Positions 43,718 through 57,419 are shown, counted from the stretch's first letter. The stretch is 64,000 bases of DNA from the human T2T-CHM13v2.0 reference genome, Homo sapiens (GCF_009914755.1 NC_060931.1); one strand, 5' to 3'. A program made the numbers and translations. The notes: generated by a model not told the origin, from the sequence alone.

Positions 43718-44222
43718 TGTATTCATTTTCTATTGCTGCTGTAACAAACTACTACAAACTTAATGGCTTAAAACTGCACAAATGTATTATTTTACATTTC
43801 TCTTGGTCAGAAGTATAGCATTGATCTTATTGGATAAAATCAAGGTAGCAGCAGAACTGTTTCTTTTAGAGGCTCTAGAGGAGAATCTATATCCTGACTT
43901 TTCCAGCTTTTAGAAGCTGACGAAATTCCTTGGTTTATTGTCCTCTTTTTAAAAACCAACAATGGCCGGTTAGGTCTTTCTCAGGATTCTGACTTCTGCT
44001 TCTGTTCTCACATCTTTTTCTCTGACTCTGCCTATCCTGCCTTTGTTTTACTTTTGCAGAATCTTGTGATTACAGTGGTCCACCTGAATTATCCAGGACA
44101 GTCTTTCTGCCACAAGATCCTTAATCACATATACAAAGTCCCATCTGTTATGTAAGGTAACATAATCAGAGTTCCGTGGAATTAAGATGTGGATATCTTT
44201 GGAAGTCATTATTCTGCCTATC
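43718..44222 (-). mobile_element. MLT1D-like solo LTR
   Basis: tgtattcattttctattgctgctgtaacaaa...ggctctagaggagaatc...cttgtgattaca...attattctgccta. Confidence 0.8.
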
Positions 44223-44379
44223 TTAGTGAATAAATGATGAATGGATGTTGGAAAACATGCCATCTATCTTATGTAGTGGTGAAAATGTTGGTGAAGTTTT
44301 TGAGATGATAACAAAGCAGGTCAGTATCTAATGAACTTGTAGCCCTAGGGGAAGAGGTTGCAATTTGCAGCATTAGGAT

Positions 44380-45095
44380 CCCCTTGTATCCAAAGATTCA
44401 TGTCCAATCCACATGCAAAATACTTTCACCTTATTTACTCCAATATTCTCAAAAGTCTCAACTAATTACAGAATCAACTAAAAGTTAAAAAAAAAACTCA
44501 TCTAAATTTTATTAGCTCAAAGTTTCAGATCTCATTACCTAAAACATTTAACTCAGGTATGGGTGAGAATCTGGGTAAAATCCATCCACAGGGAAAATGT
44601 TCCTTTATCTTTAGACTTATAAAACTAGGAAACAAGTTTCCTGCTCCTAAAATACAATGATGGGACAGGAATAAGACACAAGTTATAGACATTCACATTA
44701 AAAAAGGAAGACAAGGGAAGAATAAAGGAGACACCAATTCCAATTTCAAAATCTCAGATGGAAAACTCCATTGAATTTAAAGGCCTGAGAATAATCCTGA
44801 GAGTAGTGGCTCTTTCCTTATAATTGTCCTCCTTTTTTCATGAAGGATGGCACAGTAGGTTAGTAGTTTTACCAGCCTGTTTCCTGCTCTTAGAATTTTG
44901 GAAGTCAACACCTTTTTTCATTACTTCATCTTTCTATTCCTTTTAATAAAATCTGGCTATGTTTCTAGTGAGCCTGTTCTATTATACTCCTCAAAATTAT
45001 TCCAGCCTATGTTCATTGCCCAATTCCAAAGCCATGTCTACAGGTTAGGTATTTTTACAGCAGCCACCCTCTTCTTGTATGATAATTGGTTTTCA
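44380..45095 (-). mobile_element. MLT1-int fragment
   Basis: aaaatacaatgatgggacagg; cccaattccaaagcca...ggtatttttacagcagc resemble MaLR internal ends. Confidence 0.55.
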
Positions 45096-45114
45096 TTTCC
45101 TATTGGATCAAAAG

Positions 45115-46152
45115 TTAGTTTTTAGTTTTTTAAGGATTCTCCATATTGTCTTCCGTAGTGGTTGTACTAGCTTACATTCCCACCAGCAGTGTAAAAGTGT
45201 TTCCTAAAAAGGAAATATTAAGGATGTGGTAAAAAACCACATGCATCTCAGCATCTATTATTTTTGGATTTTTAAATTATGGCCATTCTTGCAGGAGCAA
45301 GGTGGTATCTCATTGTGGTTTTAATTTGCATTTCCTTGATAATTAGTGATGTTGAGCATTTTTTCATATGTTTGTGGGCTGTTTGTATATCCTTTTTTTT
45401 TTTTTTTTTTTTTTTGAGAATTCTCTATTCCTGTCATTTGCCCACTTCTTAATAGCATTATTTGCTTTGTTCTTCTGGGTTTGTTTGAGTTCCTCGTATA
45501 TTCTGGATATTAGTCCTTTGTCAGATGCATAGTTTATGACTATTTTCTCCCATTCTGTGGGTTGTCTGTTTACTCTGCTTATTATTTCTTTTGTTGTGCA
45601 AGCTTTTCAGTTGAATTAAGTCCCATTTATTTATCTTTGTTTTTGTTGCACTTGCTTTTTGGTCATGAATTCTTTGCCGAAGCCAATGTCTATGAGAGTT
45701 TTTCTGATGTTATCTTCTAGAGTTTTTATGGTTTCAGGTCTTAGATTTAAGTCTTTGATGCATCTTGAGTTGATTTTTGTATAAGGTGAGAGGTGAGGAT
45801 CCAGATTCATTCTACATGTGGCTTGCCAATGATCCCAGCAGCATTTGATGAATAGGATGCCCTTTCCACCACTTTATGTTTTTGTTTGCTTTGTCAAAGA
45901 TCAGTTGCCTATAAGTATTTGGGTTTATTTATGGGTTCTGTATTCTTTCCATTGCACTATGTGCTGATATTTATACCAGTACTCTGCTGTTTTGGTAACT
46001 ATAGCTGTGTAGTATAGTTTGAAGTTGGGCAATGTAATGCCTCCAGATTTGTTCTTTTTGCTTAGTTTTGCTTTGGCTATGAGGGCTCTTTTTTGGTTCC
46101 ATATCAATTTTAGGATTGTTTTTTTCTAGTTCTGTGAAGAATGATGATGGCA
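45115..46152 (-). mobile_element. L1 (L1PB-like) ORF2 C-terminal fragment
   Basis: ORFs [47 protein letters not shown]. Confidence 0.9.
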
Positions 46153-47671
46153 TCTGGCAAATCAGAAAGGAGGAATTACCTAAATGTAGAGCCAGGGCAT
46201 AAGAGACTGGGGAGGCCTTCAGTGGAGAAGAATTAGGACCTAATAATGATACATTTCATAATCTAGTGTAGAGGATCTTGCATAGTATGCAAATAGGTTA
46301 TAGATTTTCTATGCATAAGTAACTGCTGCTTCTCCCATCATTTTTCTATCAAATGGAATATTTACTGTGAGTTTCCTTTTGATGCTTCATCATCATATAT
46401 TAAGAGCACTGGAAGCAAACAAATTGGATTTTAAGTTTATAGATTTCTGTACCAAGAGGAATGGCAACCAAATCAAATGAAGACACAGCCAGTCATCATG
46501 CTCAGACATTAGACTTTGCGCCTGAGGCAGAGATTAAGTATAATTTTTGGTTTTTCTTTATGTTCTGAAATGTAGAAAGGAGCATAAACTGCATATTTGG
46601 CAACCCAGAAGGTAAATTGTTATAGTCTCTGATGCTGCCTGAAAGCACTTCTGCTTCTTTTCCTTGGCAAGTTGATAGGCTCACACTTGCTTTTTACTTT
46701 GAATTTGGGAATGGTCATATTTCTTGATTTGACCAGAAAACTTAATGCAGGGAGAACACGAATCACTTCTAGATGGACGTTTATCCAAGTTATCATGCAC
46801 TAGACTGTCTCTTCCTTCTGAGATGGAAATGATTTTCCAGGTAGTAGCTGTTTTATCACTCTGGGTTCAAGAGTGAGGGTAGCTTGGTGCAAGTGCCCCT
46901 AGCTAAATTATACTGGACATGAGGTATGAACAAAAATGAGCAGGAAAGAAAACTTTGTGGCTTGAATCCACTGAGATTTCAAGGCTTTTGTTTTGTCTTT
47001 TGTAACTATAGCATGACACAGCTCATACAAATATCATTGAAAAATCTCATTTTATTTTTCATATGAGACAACATGGGACAATAAAAATAATTGGCTTATC
47101 CTTGTCAGTCATCTTAAAAGGCTAATGCAAGTCGATTTGAAATCTGAGGGTAGACTGAAAAAAATAGGTTTTTGAAAAATATATATGTAATTAATAAAAT
47201 ATGTGTCATATTTCAAATTTACGTGCTAAGATGCCAGTAGTTATGTTTATGTAGTTTGCCTTTTTCAGATCCAGTTTTCTTACTGACTCTGAGGCATCAT
47301 TCTGTGCAGTTGAGAGCATTTTTAGAATTTACCTACATAAAAGTATTTTGTATTATAAACTTATTTTGATTTTTTTCGCTGTAAAATAAAAATTGGGCTT
47401 TTCTTTTCCCAATTAATTTGATGCTTTTTCAAATATACTTATAATGCTTGATATCTTACATTCCACACTCCTCTGATTCTGATGACAGATAGAAATGATC
47501 AGCCTATTATCAACTCAACAATTTCTTGTTAAAGACAATAAATGACTTTGCTGTTGTGTTAGCTGTGGATTCAACTTTTACTTTAAAAACATGTGATTCA
47601 GCTTCCTACTTCATCTTCTCCCCAGCTCCTGACAACCACTGTTTACTCTCTGCTTTTCTGTGTTTGATTCA

Positions 47672-49761
47672 TTTTATTTTTACTTTTTATTTTATTTGTA
47701 TGAATTTATGAAGTGAAGTGTAATTCTGTTACATGGATATATTGTATAATGGTGAATTCAGAGCTTTTAGTGTGTCTATCATCAGAATAACACACATTGT
47801 ACCTGTTAAGTAGTTTCTTGTTTTATACGGTTCCCAGCCCCCAACCCTTCCAAGTCTACATTGTTATCGTTCCACACTCTATGCCCATGAATACCCATTA
47901 TTTAGTTTCCACGTATGTGGTAATTGACTTGCTGCTTCTGTGTTATTTCTCTTATAGCCTCCAGTTCCATCCATGTTGCTGCAAAAGACATGATTTCATT
48001 CTTTTTCATGGCTGAATAGCATTCTATTCTGCATATGTACAACATATTTTTTAAAATCTAGTAATCCATTGATGTAAACATACAGTGATTTCATATTTTT
48101 GCTATTGTGAATAGTGCAGCAATAAACATGAGTTCATGTATCCTTTTGAGGTAACAATTTCTTTCCCTTTGGGTAATTACCCAGTAGTGGGATTGCTGGA
48201 TCATATAGTAGTCCTCTTTTTAGTTCTTTGAGAAATCACCTCACTGTTTTTTTCAAAGGTTGTACTAATTTACATTCTCACCAACAGTGTACAAGTATTC
48301 CCTTTTATCTTCATTCTTGCAAACCTCTATTAATTTTTTTTTAATAATTATGATTGGTATAAAATGTTATCTCATTATGGTTTTAATTTGGATTTCTCTA
48401 ACGACTAGGGTTGATGACCTGTTTTTCCTGTGCTTGCTGGCCATTTGTACGTCTTTTTTAGCAAAATGTCTGTTCATGTCCTTTACCCACTTTTTAATGG
48501 GATTATTTATTTATTTATTTATTTGGTTGAGTTGTGTGATTTTTCTCGTCAATTTTGACTATCAATCCCTTGTCTAAGGTACAGTTTTTCAAACATTTTC
48601 TTTCATTCTGCGAGCTGTCTGTTCACTCTATTGATTATTTCTTTGGCTGTAAACCAAATGTATCTGGTAGACATTTCATTTTATCCAGCAACTGAAAAAT
48701 ATAAATTTTTATCATCTGAACATGTAACATTCTCCAAGATACATCATAGGTAAGGATACAAAATCAGTCTCAACAAGTTGAAAAAATCAAAATTATGTTA
48801 AGTATCTTTTCAGATCACAGCAGAATATACTAGAAATTAATACCAAGAGGAACGTTAGAAACTATAAAAATACATGGAAATTAAATAACATGCTTCTGAA
48901 CAATTTTTGAGTCAATGAAAAAATTAAGACAAAATTTAGAATTTTTTTGAAATGAATGAAAATGGAAACACAACATACCAAAATGTCTGGGATATAGCAA
49001 AAGCAGCGCTAAGAGAAAAGTTTATACCATTAAATGCTTACATCAAAGAAGAAAAAAAATCACAAGTCATCAACCTAACCTCACACCTCAAGGAATTAGT
49101 AAAACAAGAACAAACTAAACTCCAGGTTGGCAGAAGAAAAGAAATAACAAAAATGAGCAGAGCTAAATGAAATTGAGACCAAAAATAGAGTACAAGTGAT
49201 CAACAAAACAAAAAGTCGGTTTTCAAAAACATAAAATTGATTAACTGCTAGCTAGACCAACCAATAAAAGAATAGAAGATCCAAATAAACAAAATCAAAA
49301 ATGAAAAAGACATTACAGACTACTATGAGCAACTACAGGCTCACAAACTAGAAAATGTAGGGGAAATTAATAAGTTGCTGGAAAAACACAACTTTCTAAG
49401 CATGAGCCACGAAGAAATAGAACTCCTGAACAGACCAATAATAAGTAACTCGATTAAATCCATCATAAATATTCTTCCAACACAATAATAAAAGCCCAGG
49501 AGCAGATGGATTCAAAGTTGAGTTTTTCCAAATATGCAAATAACTGATACCAATCCTCCCAAAATTGTTCCAAAAAAAAAACACAGGAGGAGGGAATTCT
49601 CCATAACTCATTCTATGAGTTCTGTTATCACCCCGATACCAAAACTAGATGAGGACACAACAACAAACTGCATACCAATATCCTGGATGAATATAGACAC
49701 AAAATCCTTGACCAAATACTAGCAAAATAATTCAATGGCACATCAAAATGATAATACACCG
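47672..49761 (-). mobile_element. L1 (L1PB/L1MA-age) with 5' inversion: 3' part on - strand (47672-48650), EN-to-RT part on + strand (48651-49761)
   Basis: ORF 48952-49170 [17 protein letters not shown] is ORF2p on +; antisense 3' UTR to the left; degenerate TSD t.t.tttgatt(c)atttt. Confidence 0.88.
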
Positions 49762-49849
49762 TCTATTTGATTATTTTAGATACCTCATTTTAGACTGTGC
49801 TGAAGTCTAACGTAAGTAATCTTTGTGGTAAATCCAATCATGCAGTTTA

Positions 49850-50018
49850 TGGGAAGTTGCTATTCAATGGATATAAAATTTCAGTTAATCAAGGTGGTTA
49901 AATTTTAGAGATCTGCTGCACAACATTGTACCTTTAATTAACAAAACTGTGTTACACACTTAAAAATTTGTTAGGAGAGTGTATTTCATGTATAGTGTTC
50001 CTACTACAATCTAAAAAA
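49850..50018 (+). mobile_element. L1MB-like 3' end fragment
   Basis: tagagatctgctgcacaacattgtacct...acacacttaaaaatttgtta. Confidence 0.7.
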
Positions 50019-50138
50019 TCTGATTCAAAATACTTATTTTTTTATTTGTGGAGCTAATATACTTTTGAGATTAGTTTGAAATTAATTTTGAGGTTGACTT
50101 TAGTAATAGTATTTTGAGAAAAATCTTAGGTTTAATTA

Positions 50139-50827
50139 TGAGAGGTGAAGCCAGCTGGACTCCCTGGGTTGAGTGCGGACTTGGAGAACTTTTCTGTCTA
50201 GCTAGAGGATTGTAAACGCACCAATCAGCACTCTGTAAAAATGCGCCAATCAGCGCTCTATGTCTAGCTAAAGGATTGTAAATGCACCAATCAGCACTCT
50301 GTAAAAATGCACCATCAGCACTCTGTGTCTAGCTAAATGATTGTAAATGCACCAATCAGCACTCTGTAAAAACGTACCAATCAGCACTCTGTGTCTAGCT
50401 AAAGGATTGTAAAATGGACCAATCAGCTCTCTGTAAAATGGACAAATCAGGTCTCTGTAAAATAGACCAATCAGCAGGATGTGGGTGGGGCCAAATAAGG
50501 GAATAAAAGCTGGCCACCCGAGCCAGCAGTGGCAAACTGCTTGGGTCCCCTTCCACACTGTGGAAGCTTTGTTCTTTCACTCTTCACGATACAATCTTGC
50601 TGCTGCTCACTCTTTGCATCTGCACTACCTTTAAAAGCTGTAACACTCACTGCGAAGGTCTGTAGCTTCAGTCCTGAAGTCAGTGAGACCATGAACCCAC
50701 CGGGAGGAACAAACAACTCCGTACACGCCACCTTTAAGAGCTGTAACACTCACTGTGAAGGTCTGCGGCTTCACTCCTGAAGTCAGCAAGACCAAGAACC
50801 CACTGGAAGGAACCAATTCCAGACACA
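50139..50827 (+). mobile_element. LTR12 (ERV9) solo LTR, short form
   Basis: TGAGAGGTGAAGCCAGCTGG...AATTCCAGACACA; tandem caccaatcagcactctg units; AATAAAAG TATA-equivalent at 50502; duplicated gctgtaacactcactg U5 repeats; TSD not clean. Confidence 0.93.
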
Positions 50828-51907
50828 GTATGATAGCTTTGGGAGACAAAAGTAACACCTATAGATAGCAGACCAGAAAAGACATTTCCTGTGATTATCT
50901 ATAGAGATAATGTTTTTTGTGCTTATTCATAAAAACATTAAAAACTGAATAGCCTTAAATGAGTTTTAGAAATGCCCATACCTGAATTCAAGTCCTGGAT
51001 CTGCCAATGTCTAACTATATGATTGAGCAATTAAAAAAAAAAACAAAACTTATCTAAACCTCAGTTTACTCATCTGGAAAATGAGGCAGAGGGGAAATAT
51101 TTTTAAAAAGCCAAACATAGATTTTAATCTGTCAATTGAATGTGGTCCTTTTTGTAAAGTGTTTTGCATTAAAATTTCAAAAAAAAATACTAGATGAAAT
51201 GATTGGTATTAGAAAGGCTATGTATGTAATTCTGGGACTGCCTGAACATGTGCTTTAAATTTTTCATACCTATTTGCAGTTGGAAAATCAGCTCTTACCT
51301 GCTGGTAGAAAGGCCTAGTTGATCAATTAACTTTATAATAATTACCCCTCCTGCTGTAAAGTTAATTAAATAATGGCCCAAGAGCAGATGTCAGGAACTG
51401 TTTTAAATTTTCTAAAGTAATTTCTTTGATTCAGCCAGCAACTATTCATTAGATTACGTATATAAATTCTGAAACTCTAATTTCAATGAAATTGGGTATT
51501 ATACTACTTTCAGTTTATATTTTGTTGAAGATACAATTGTCCCTAAAGAACGATCAATTTAACTGCTTTCATCACAACCAGTGGGCAAATTTAGGCACAA
51601 ACCTATCTAATAAAAAATAATTCATGAGTTATAACTTTTTTTGTCAAATAATTATTGTGGCCCAGGGTAAAATAACTAGATGTTATCTTGAAACAGTTAG
51701 AATTCTTGATCAAACACTGATATGCCAATAATTTGTTATCTTCTATCTTTCTGTTACCATTGGTGAAGCTTTTATCACAAATAACATTTTAGAAGGGAAT
51801 AATAGGAGTTCAATTAAAGTGTTAAACCAAACATTGCATTTATTATCTACTATGTTTCTGGCAATGTAGATTTCTATGTGTATAATTTTGAATATATTAT
51901 ATTGTTT

Positions 51908-52204
51908 TTATTAGGGTTCTCTAGAGGGATGGAACTAATAGGATAGATATATGTATAAAGGGGAGTTTATTAAGTAGTGTTAACTCACAGAATCACAAGG
52001 TCCCACAATAGGCCATCTATAAGCTGAGGAGCAAGGAAGCCAGTCCAAGTCTCAAAGCTAAAGAACTTGGAGTCTGATGTATAAGGTCAGGAAGCATTCC
52101 ACATGGGAGAAAGATGTAGGCTGGAAAGCTAAGCCAGTCTAGCCTTTTCACATTTTTCTGCCTGCTTTATATCCTGGCCATGCTGGCAGCTGATTAGATG
52201 GTGC
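51908..52204 (-). mobile_element. MLT2A1-type (HERV-L) LTR, 5' part missing
   Basis: tattagggttctctagaggga...gctgaggagcaaggaagccagtcc...gctggcagctgattagatggtgc. Confidence 0.85.
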
Positions 52205-52680
52205 TGTGACTCAGATAAGACTTTGAACTTTAGACTTTTGAGTTAATGCTGAAATGAGTTGAGACTTTGGGGGACTGTTGGGAAGGCATGATTGGTTTTG
52301 AAATGTGAATATATGAGATTTGGGAGGGGCCAGGGGTGCAATGATGTGGTTTGGCTCTGTGTCCCCACCCAAATCTCATCTTGTAGCTCCTGTAATTTCC
52401 ATGTATTGTGGGAGGGACCTGGTGGGAGATGATGGAATCATGCGGAAGGTCTTTCCCATGCTGTTCTCATGATAGTGTATGGGTATCATGAAATCTGGTT
52501 TTAAAAACAGGAGTTTCTCTGCGCAAGCTCTCTCTTTGCCTGCTGCCATCCATGTGGGATGTGACTTGCTCCTCCTTGCCTTCTGATTCATGATTGGGAG
52601 GCCTCCACAGCCATGTGGACCTGTAAGTCCAATACAGCTCTTTCTTTTGTAAATTGCCCAGTCTTGGGTATGTCTTTATT
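52205..52680 (+). mobile_element. THE1-int 3' end plus THE1B-like LTR (from 52342; last about 25 bp missing)
   Basis: gacttttgagttaatgctgaaatgagtt...gggaggggccagggg (PPT) then tgatgtggtttggctctgtgtccccacccaaatctc. Confidence 0.88.
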
Positions 52681-52822
52681 CATGGCTAGCAAATGGCAGA
52701 GATATGATTTATATCCAGAGCTTTCTGACTGTAAGTATTTACCACTTTGTTTTCTTGCTTGTTGGTATCGTGAAGTTATATATAGCTTAATAATTCTCAC
52801 AAAGAGAAAAACATATTCCCTT

Positions 52823-53090
52823 TTGGAGGCTGAGGCAGGTGGATCACTTGAACCCATGAGTTCAAGACAAGCCTGGGCAATATGGCTAAACTCCATGGTT
52901 GCAAAAACTACAAAAATTAGCCAGGCATGGTGGCCTGTGCCTGTAGTCCCAGCTACCTAGGAGACTGAGGCCAAAGGATCATCTGGGCTCAGGAGGCCGA
53001 GGCTGCAGTCGGCCATGATTATGCTACTGCACTGTAGTGTGGGCAACAGAGTGAGACCCTGTCTCAAAACAAACAAACAAACAACAAAAC
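52823..53090 (+). mobile_element. AluJ, 5'-truncated, (CAAA)n tail
   Basis: ggatcacttgaaccc, gcctgggcaa, gaggctgcagt, gagaccctgtctc. Confidence 0.88.
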
Positions 53091-53374
53091 ATCACCAAAT
53101 CAAAACATATTCCAAGAACTGAGAGAGGAAGTTCCAGACATGAAACTAACTGAATACCCTGATAGGTAATTGTTAATAAGCTAAAATTCCTCAAATCAAG
53201 GTTTTCTGAGCTGTACATTTGTGCTAAATTCAAAGATTCATGTTAAGAGTATTTGAAAGTTTAAGAAGCTCTTGGATGACATGGCCCAGTGATTTGGAGT
53301 TTTGGTCATCTATAAACATGTTGGTGTAAAATGGATACTCTAGAGACATAGATATTCACCTGAACATGGCTGCT

Positions 53375-53610
53375 TAGTGCAGTAGTTATAAAAAATTATT
53401 AAGCTAAACTGCCTAGGTTCAAACCTCTTTATAGGTATGTGACCTTGTTTAACTCTTCTATTTATACCCCAGATATTTTCATCTGTAAAATTGGGATGAT
53501 AATAATAAAGTTTCACAGATGATTGGTAGAATAATTAAATGGTAATGTCTGAAAAATATGTGGAATTATGTCTGGAACAAAGTAAGAGCGATACAAATAT
53601 TTGCTAAATA
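53375..53610 (+). mobile_element. MIR
   Basis: ctgcctaggttcaaacc...gtgaccttg...tcatctgtaaaattgggatgataata. Confidence 0.72.
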
Positions 53611-54002
53611 AATAAATAAAAATAAAGTCTTCACTGATGACCCGGAGTGGAAGTAGTCTCTCTGTCTTCTGTGTTCTGATATATTGGAGTAAACTCATGG
53701 ACGTTACCACATTACCCTTCCTTTTAATTACTTATTTACCTACCTTTTTGTTATGGTAGGTTTTAAGCTTCTTGAGAAGAGAGAGTATTTTTTTTCCTAC
53801 AGTCTCAGAATATTGCTCAATAAGACTCATGCATAAGAGAATCAATGACTCTCTAGAGGCAGGAGTGTGACTTCTGTTTCCTTTCCTGGGAGGGAACATT
53901 GCTAACTGTGACAGTTTTACACCATCTGTCAGAATACAGTGGCAGTTAACATTGGTGGAAATTGATACCTTCTGATATAATCATTTAGTTCTTTCTATGT
54001 AT

Positions 54003-54438
54003 ATGGTAGGTGACATAATATGCCTACAAAGTTGTCTGTGTCCTAATCTTTAGAACCAGTGGATATGTTACCTTACATGACAAAGAGGACTTTGCAAATG
54101 TGATTAAGTTAAGAAACTTGAGATGGGAGATCATCCCGGATTATCCATATGAGCCCAGTATAATCATAAGGGTCCTTATAAGAGGGAGACATTTGAAGCA
54201 GGGGTCAGAGAGGTGCTATTGCTGATGAGGAACATGTGCCAGGGAATGTAGGCAGCCTCTATAGACTGGAAAAAAAAAAAGGAATAAATTCTCTCTTCGA
54301 ATCTCCATAAAAAACTCACCCCTGCTCACACACTGATTCTAAGATCTTTGACCTCCAGAACGTTAGTATGCTACGTTTGTGTTATTTCACACCACTAAAT
54401 TTATAGCAAGTTTCTACAGCAGCAATTGGAAATTTATA
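54003..54438 (+). mobile_element. MLT1D/C-like solo LTR
   Basis: atatgttaccttacatgacaaagaggactttgcaaatgtgattaagttaag...acagcagcaattggaaa. Confidence 0.8.
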
Positions 54439-57066
54439 AAATCTGCTTCTGGAATAAAAGAAAATGAAAACAAAAAGATAATAAGAAAGAAAAGAAAGAA
54501 AGAAGATTGGAAGAAATAGGGTGCTTTGCTATAAGTAACATCTCTGGTTGGTGTTAATAAAGGCGCCATAAATTGTAAGACAGAATTAATTATCACAACC
54601 GATGATGGGCAGGAAATAGCATGAATTGTTGCAAACAATTTAAAACAAGTACATAAAGTATTTTTTACTAGAAGTTAGTAGAAGTTTATATAAAAATTAC
54701 TTTAGTATGAGCGTGGCAACGCAATAAAATAAAATCAATTCATTGTATAAAGAAACAATAAAATTAATGAAATAAAATTAATTCATTATAAAAACGCAGG
54801 TGTCACAAGCCAAGTGCAGAGTTTATACAATATTTTATAAGCAAAATATTGTAAATGGTAAAAGTTTTATTTTTTTTATAAACTCTAATATGTAAATATT
54901 TATATTCATGCCTCTACTACCTTGCCTGCTGTCTCTGATCCCCGATTTTAAACCAGAAGCAATTGTGTTTAGGGCTTTGTGAAGGGATAGCAAACAGAAC
55001 AGCACTGGATAGGATGATACTGTCACTCTCGTTTTAATAAAGGGTCCTCAGAAATGCTGAACAGAAGCTTTAATAGCATTCCTGGCAACAACCATCCCTG
55101 TTCCCCATGTATTTTGAATCAGATTTAATTTGAATTAAATAGAAATAAAAACTCTTTACCATTGCACCCTAATGACTGTAATTTTCTCTCAAGCTGTTAC
55201 TTACACACACAGTATGCTGCACCTAGGAAAGAACATCCCTATGCTTATTTATTGAGTCTCAAGAATAATGTCTTAAAAACTAACATGTTCAAAGGATGAA
55301 CTTAACTTCAATACTGTGAATTAATATGAAATATAAGCCTTTCTGAATTCTCCAAAATAACAAAAATCTCCAATTTAGATGGCTTCCTTTTGTTGCAATA
55401 ATTCTAGTCAGCCCATTGACATCACCCAGTTTGTCGTTTTCAGGGCTGTAATACTCCTGTCAGCATCTCTGTGTGGAGCATTTAACTCACCACATAGCTG
55501 TAACCCTGATTACCAGAACCAAAATGTCTCTCCATTACCACTTCAAGGAGCTCAACTGTCTGGTGCCAGATGGTATGCAAATTGGTCTCTTTCCAAAGAT
55601 ACAGATGTCACCGTGCCCAGAGTTTGTTAGAGTGTCTACATCCTCTCCTGCTGGGAATATAATTTGGTGGAATAACTCTTTGGCCTACCTGCCAATGATC
55701 TGCAGAACATTGACTCATTCCCAGATGACAGCTTTTAAAAATGCATCTTTCTATTCATCAGAATGACAAAGAACCAAAATTCAAAATTGGGGATCAACAT
55801 ACATTTTTGAAATATATGTGCTGAATGGAACATATGCTAGGTGAAAAAAGAAATTTGCTATAAAATTAGGATGATTACTAAAATGAAATTTCAACAAAAT
55901 GAGAGCTCTAATTTATCTTTCCCTCCTTTCCTCATTGTAAATACCACCTAGAAGAATATCAAGTTGTTCATGGCAAATAGACCAGGGGAACCTGTTTGCT
56001 TCCATGTATCATTCCTTTCATATGTAAAGAAAGGCAGGAATGAAAGGAAAAAACATCAGTATTCATGAAAGTTACTTGAACTACATAAAGGTTTTTAGAT
56101 TGAATAGCTGAATTTAAGCCCTATAGCCTAAGTTTTCTCTTTGTTAATATCTAACATATATGTCCACTTTTAAGGACGTTTCTTTTGTTCCAATTCTATT
56201 CCATGGAGTTCTAGGGTAGGATTTTTTTTTTTTTTTTTCTGTTCCCATGCACTTTTAGGTCATCCCGTGACCTAATTGATTATTCAACAATCACATAGTC
56301 AAAAATAGGAATAAAATTTTAGCCTAAGACAAGCACACCTGGGAAGATAAATTAGCTCCAAAATAAAATAATTTATACTACAGACCAACGAAACTATTTT
56401 AGAATTGTTTACAATTTTAAATTATCCATATCACTGTCTCCTTTATTTAAAAAAATATATAGTCTGAGAGTATTTTATAGATTCAAGCATAATCCTTGGA
56501 GTGAAATGTAAAGCTACAATGGAAGCCTGATTATATTTTCTGTGTTTTTATCATTTCTCTAAGATATGCTGGACTTCAGTCTTTAGCATGGAGAAATAAA
56601 ATATATAATTATACTTTCGGCAGGGTTGTATAATTTGCCATCTCACCAAATTATTGCTATGCCACCAAAATATTTTTAGAAATCATCATAGAGAAAATCC
56701 AACAACTCTGTCCTATACTTAAGCCAATAGATTGGTATACAGACACCTCTTAGTGAAATTTATGTGCTAGTTTAAATTTGAGGTAGATTATTTAGTATTT
56801 AGGAAGGAACGAAAAACTATTTTTGTATGGAAGCTATAAACTTAGTGCCATTTTATAAAGAACATGTCTAGAAAGAATTAACTCAATAAAGACATTATAT
56901 TTTTAAGTTTTATAAGCAAAAACAATGTTCTTTTATTTAAGGGTTTGAACTACTATACGTTATTAATGCTAGAAATGATCTACTGTAAATACAGTGCATT
57001 TTTTCAGACAGTCAAAACTGATTTAATAAAATAAGTCACAGTTAAACAGGAGATTAAAAAGATAAT

Positions 57067-57419
<353 letters not shown>

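Noticed and set aside
50200-50480. CRISPR-like repeat-spacer array
   Set aside because: These are ordinary LTR12 U3 tandem units with repeated, non-unique spacers in eukaryotic DNA
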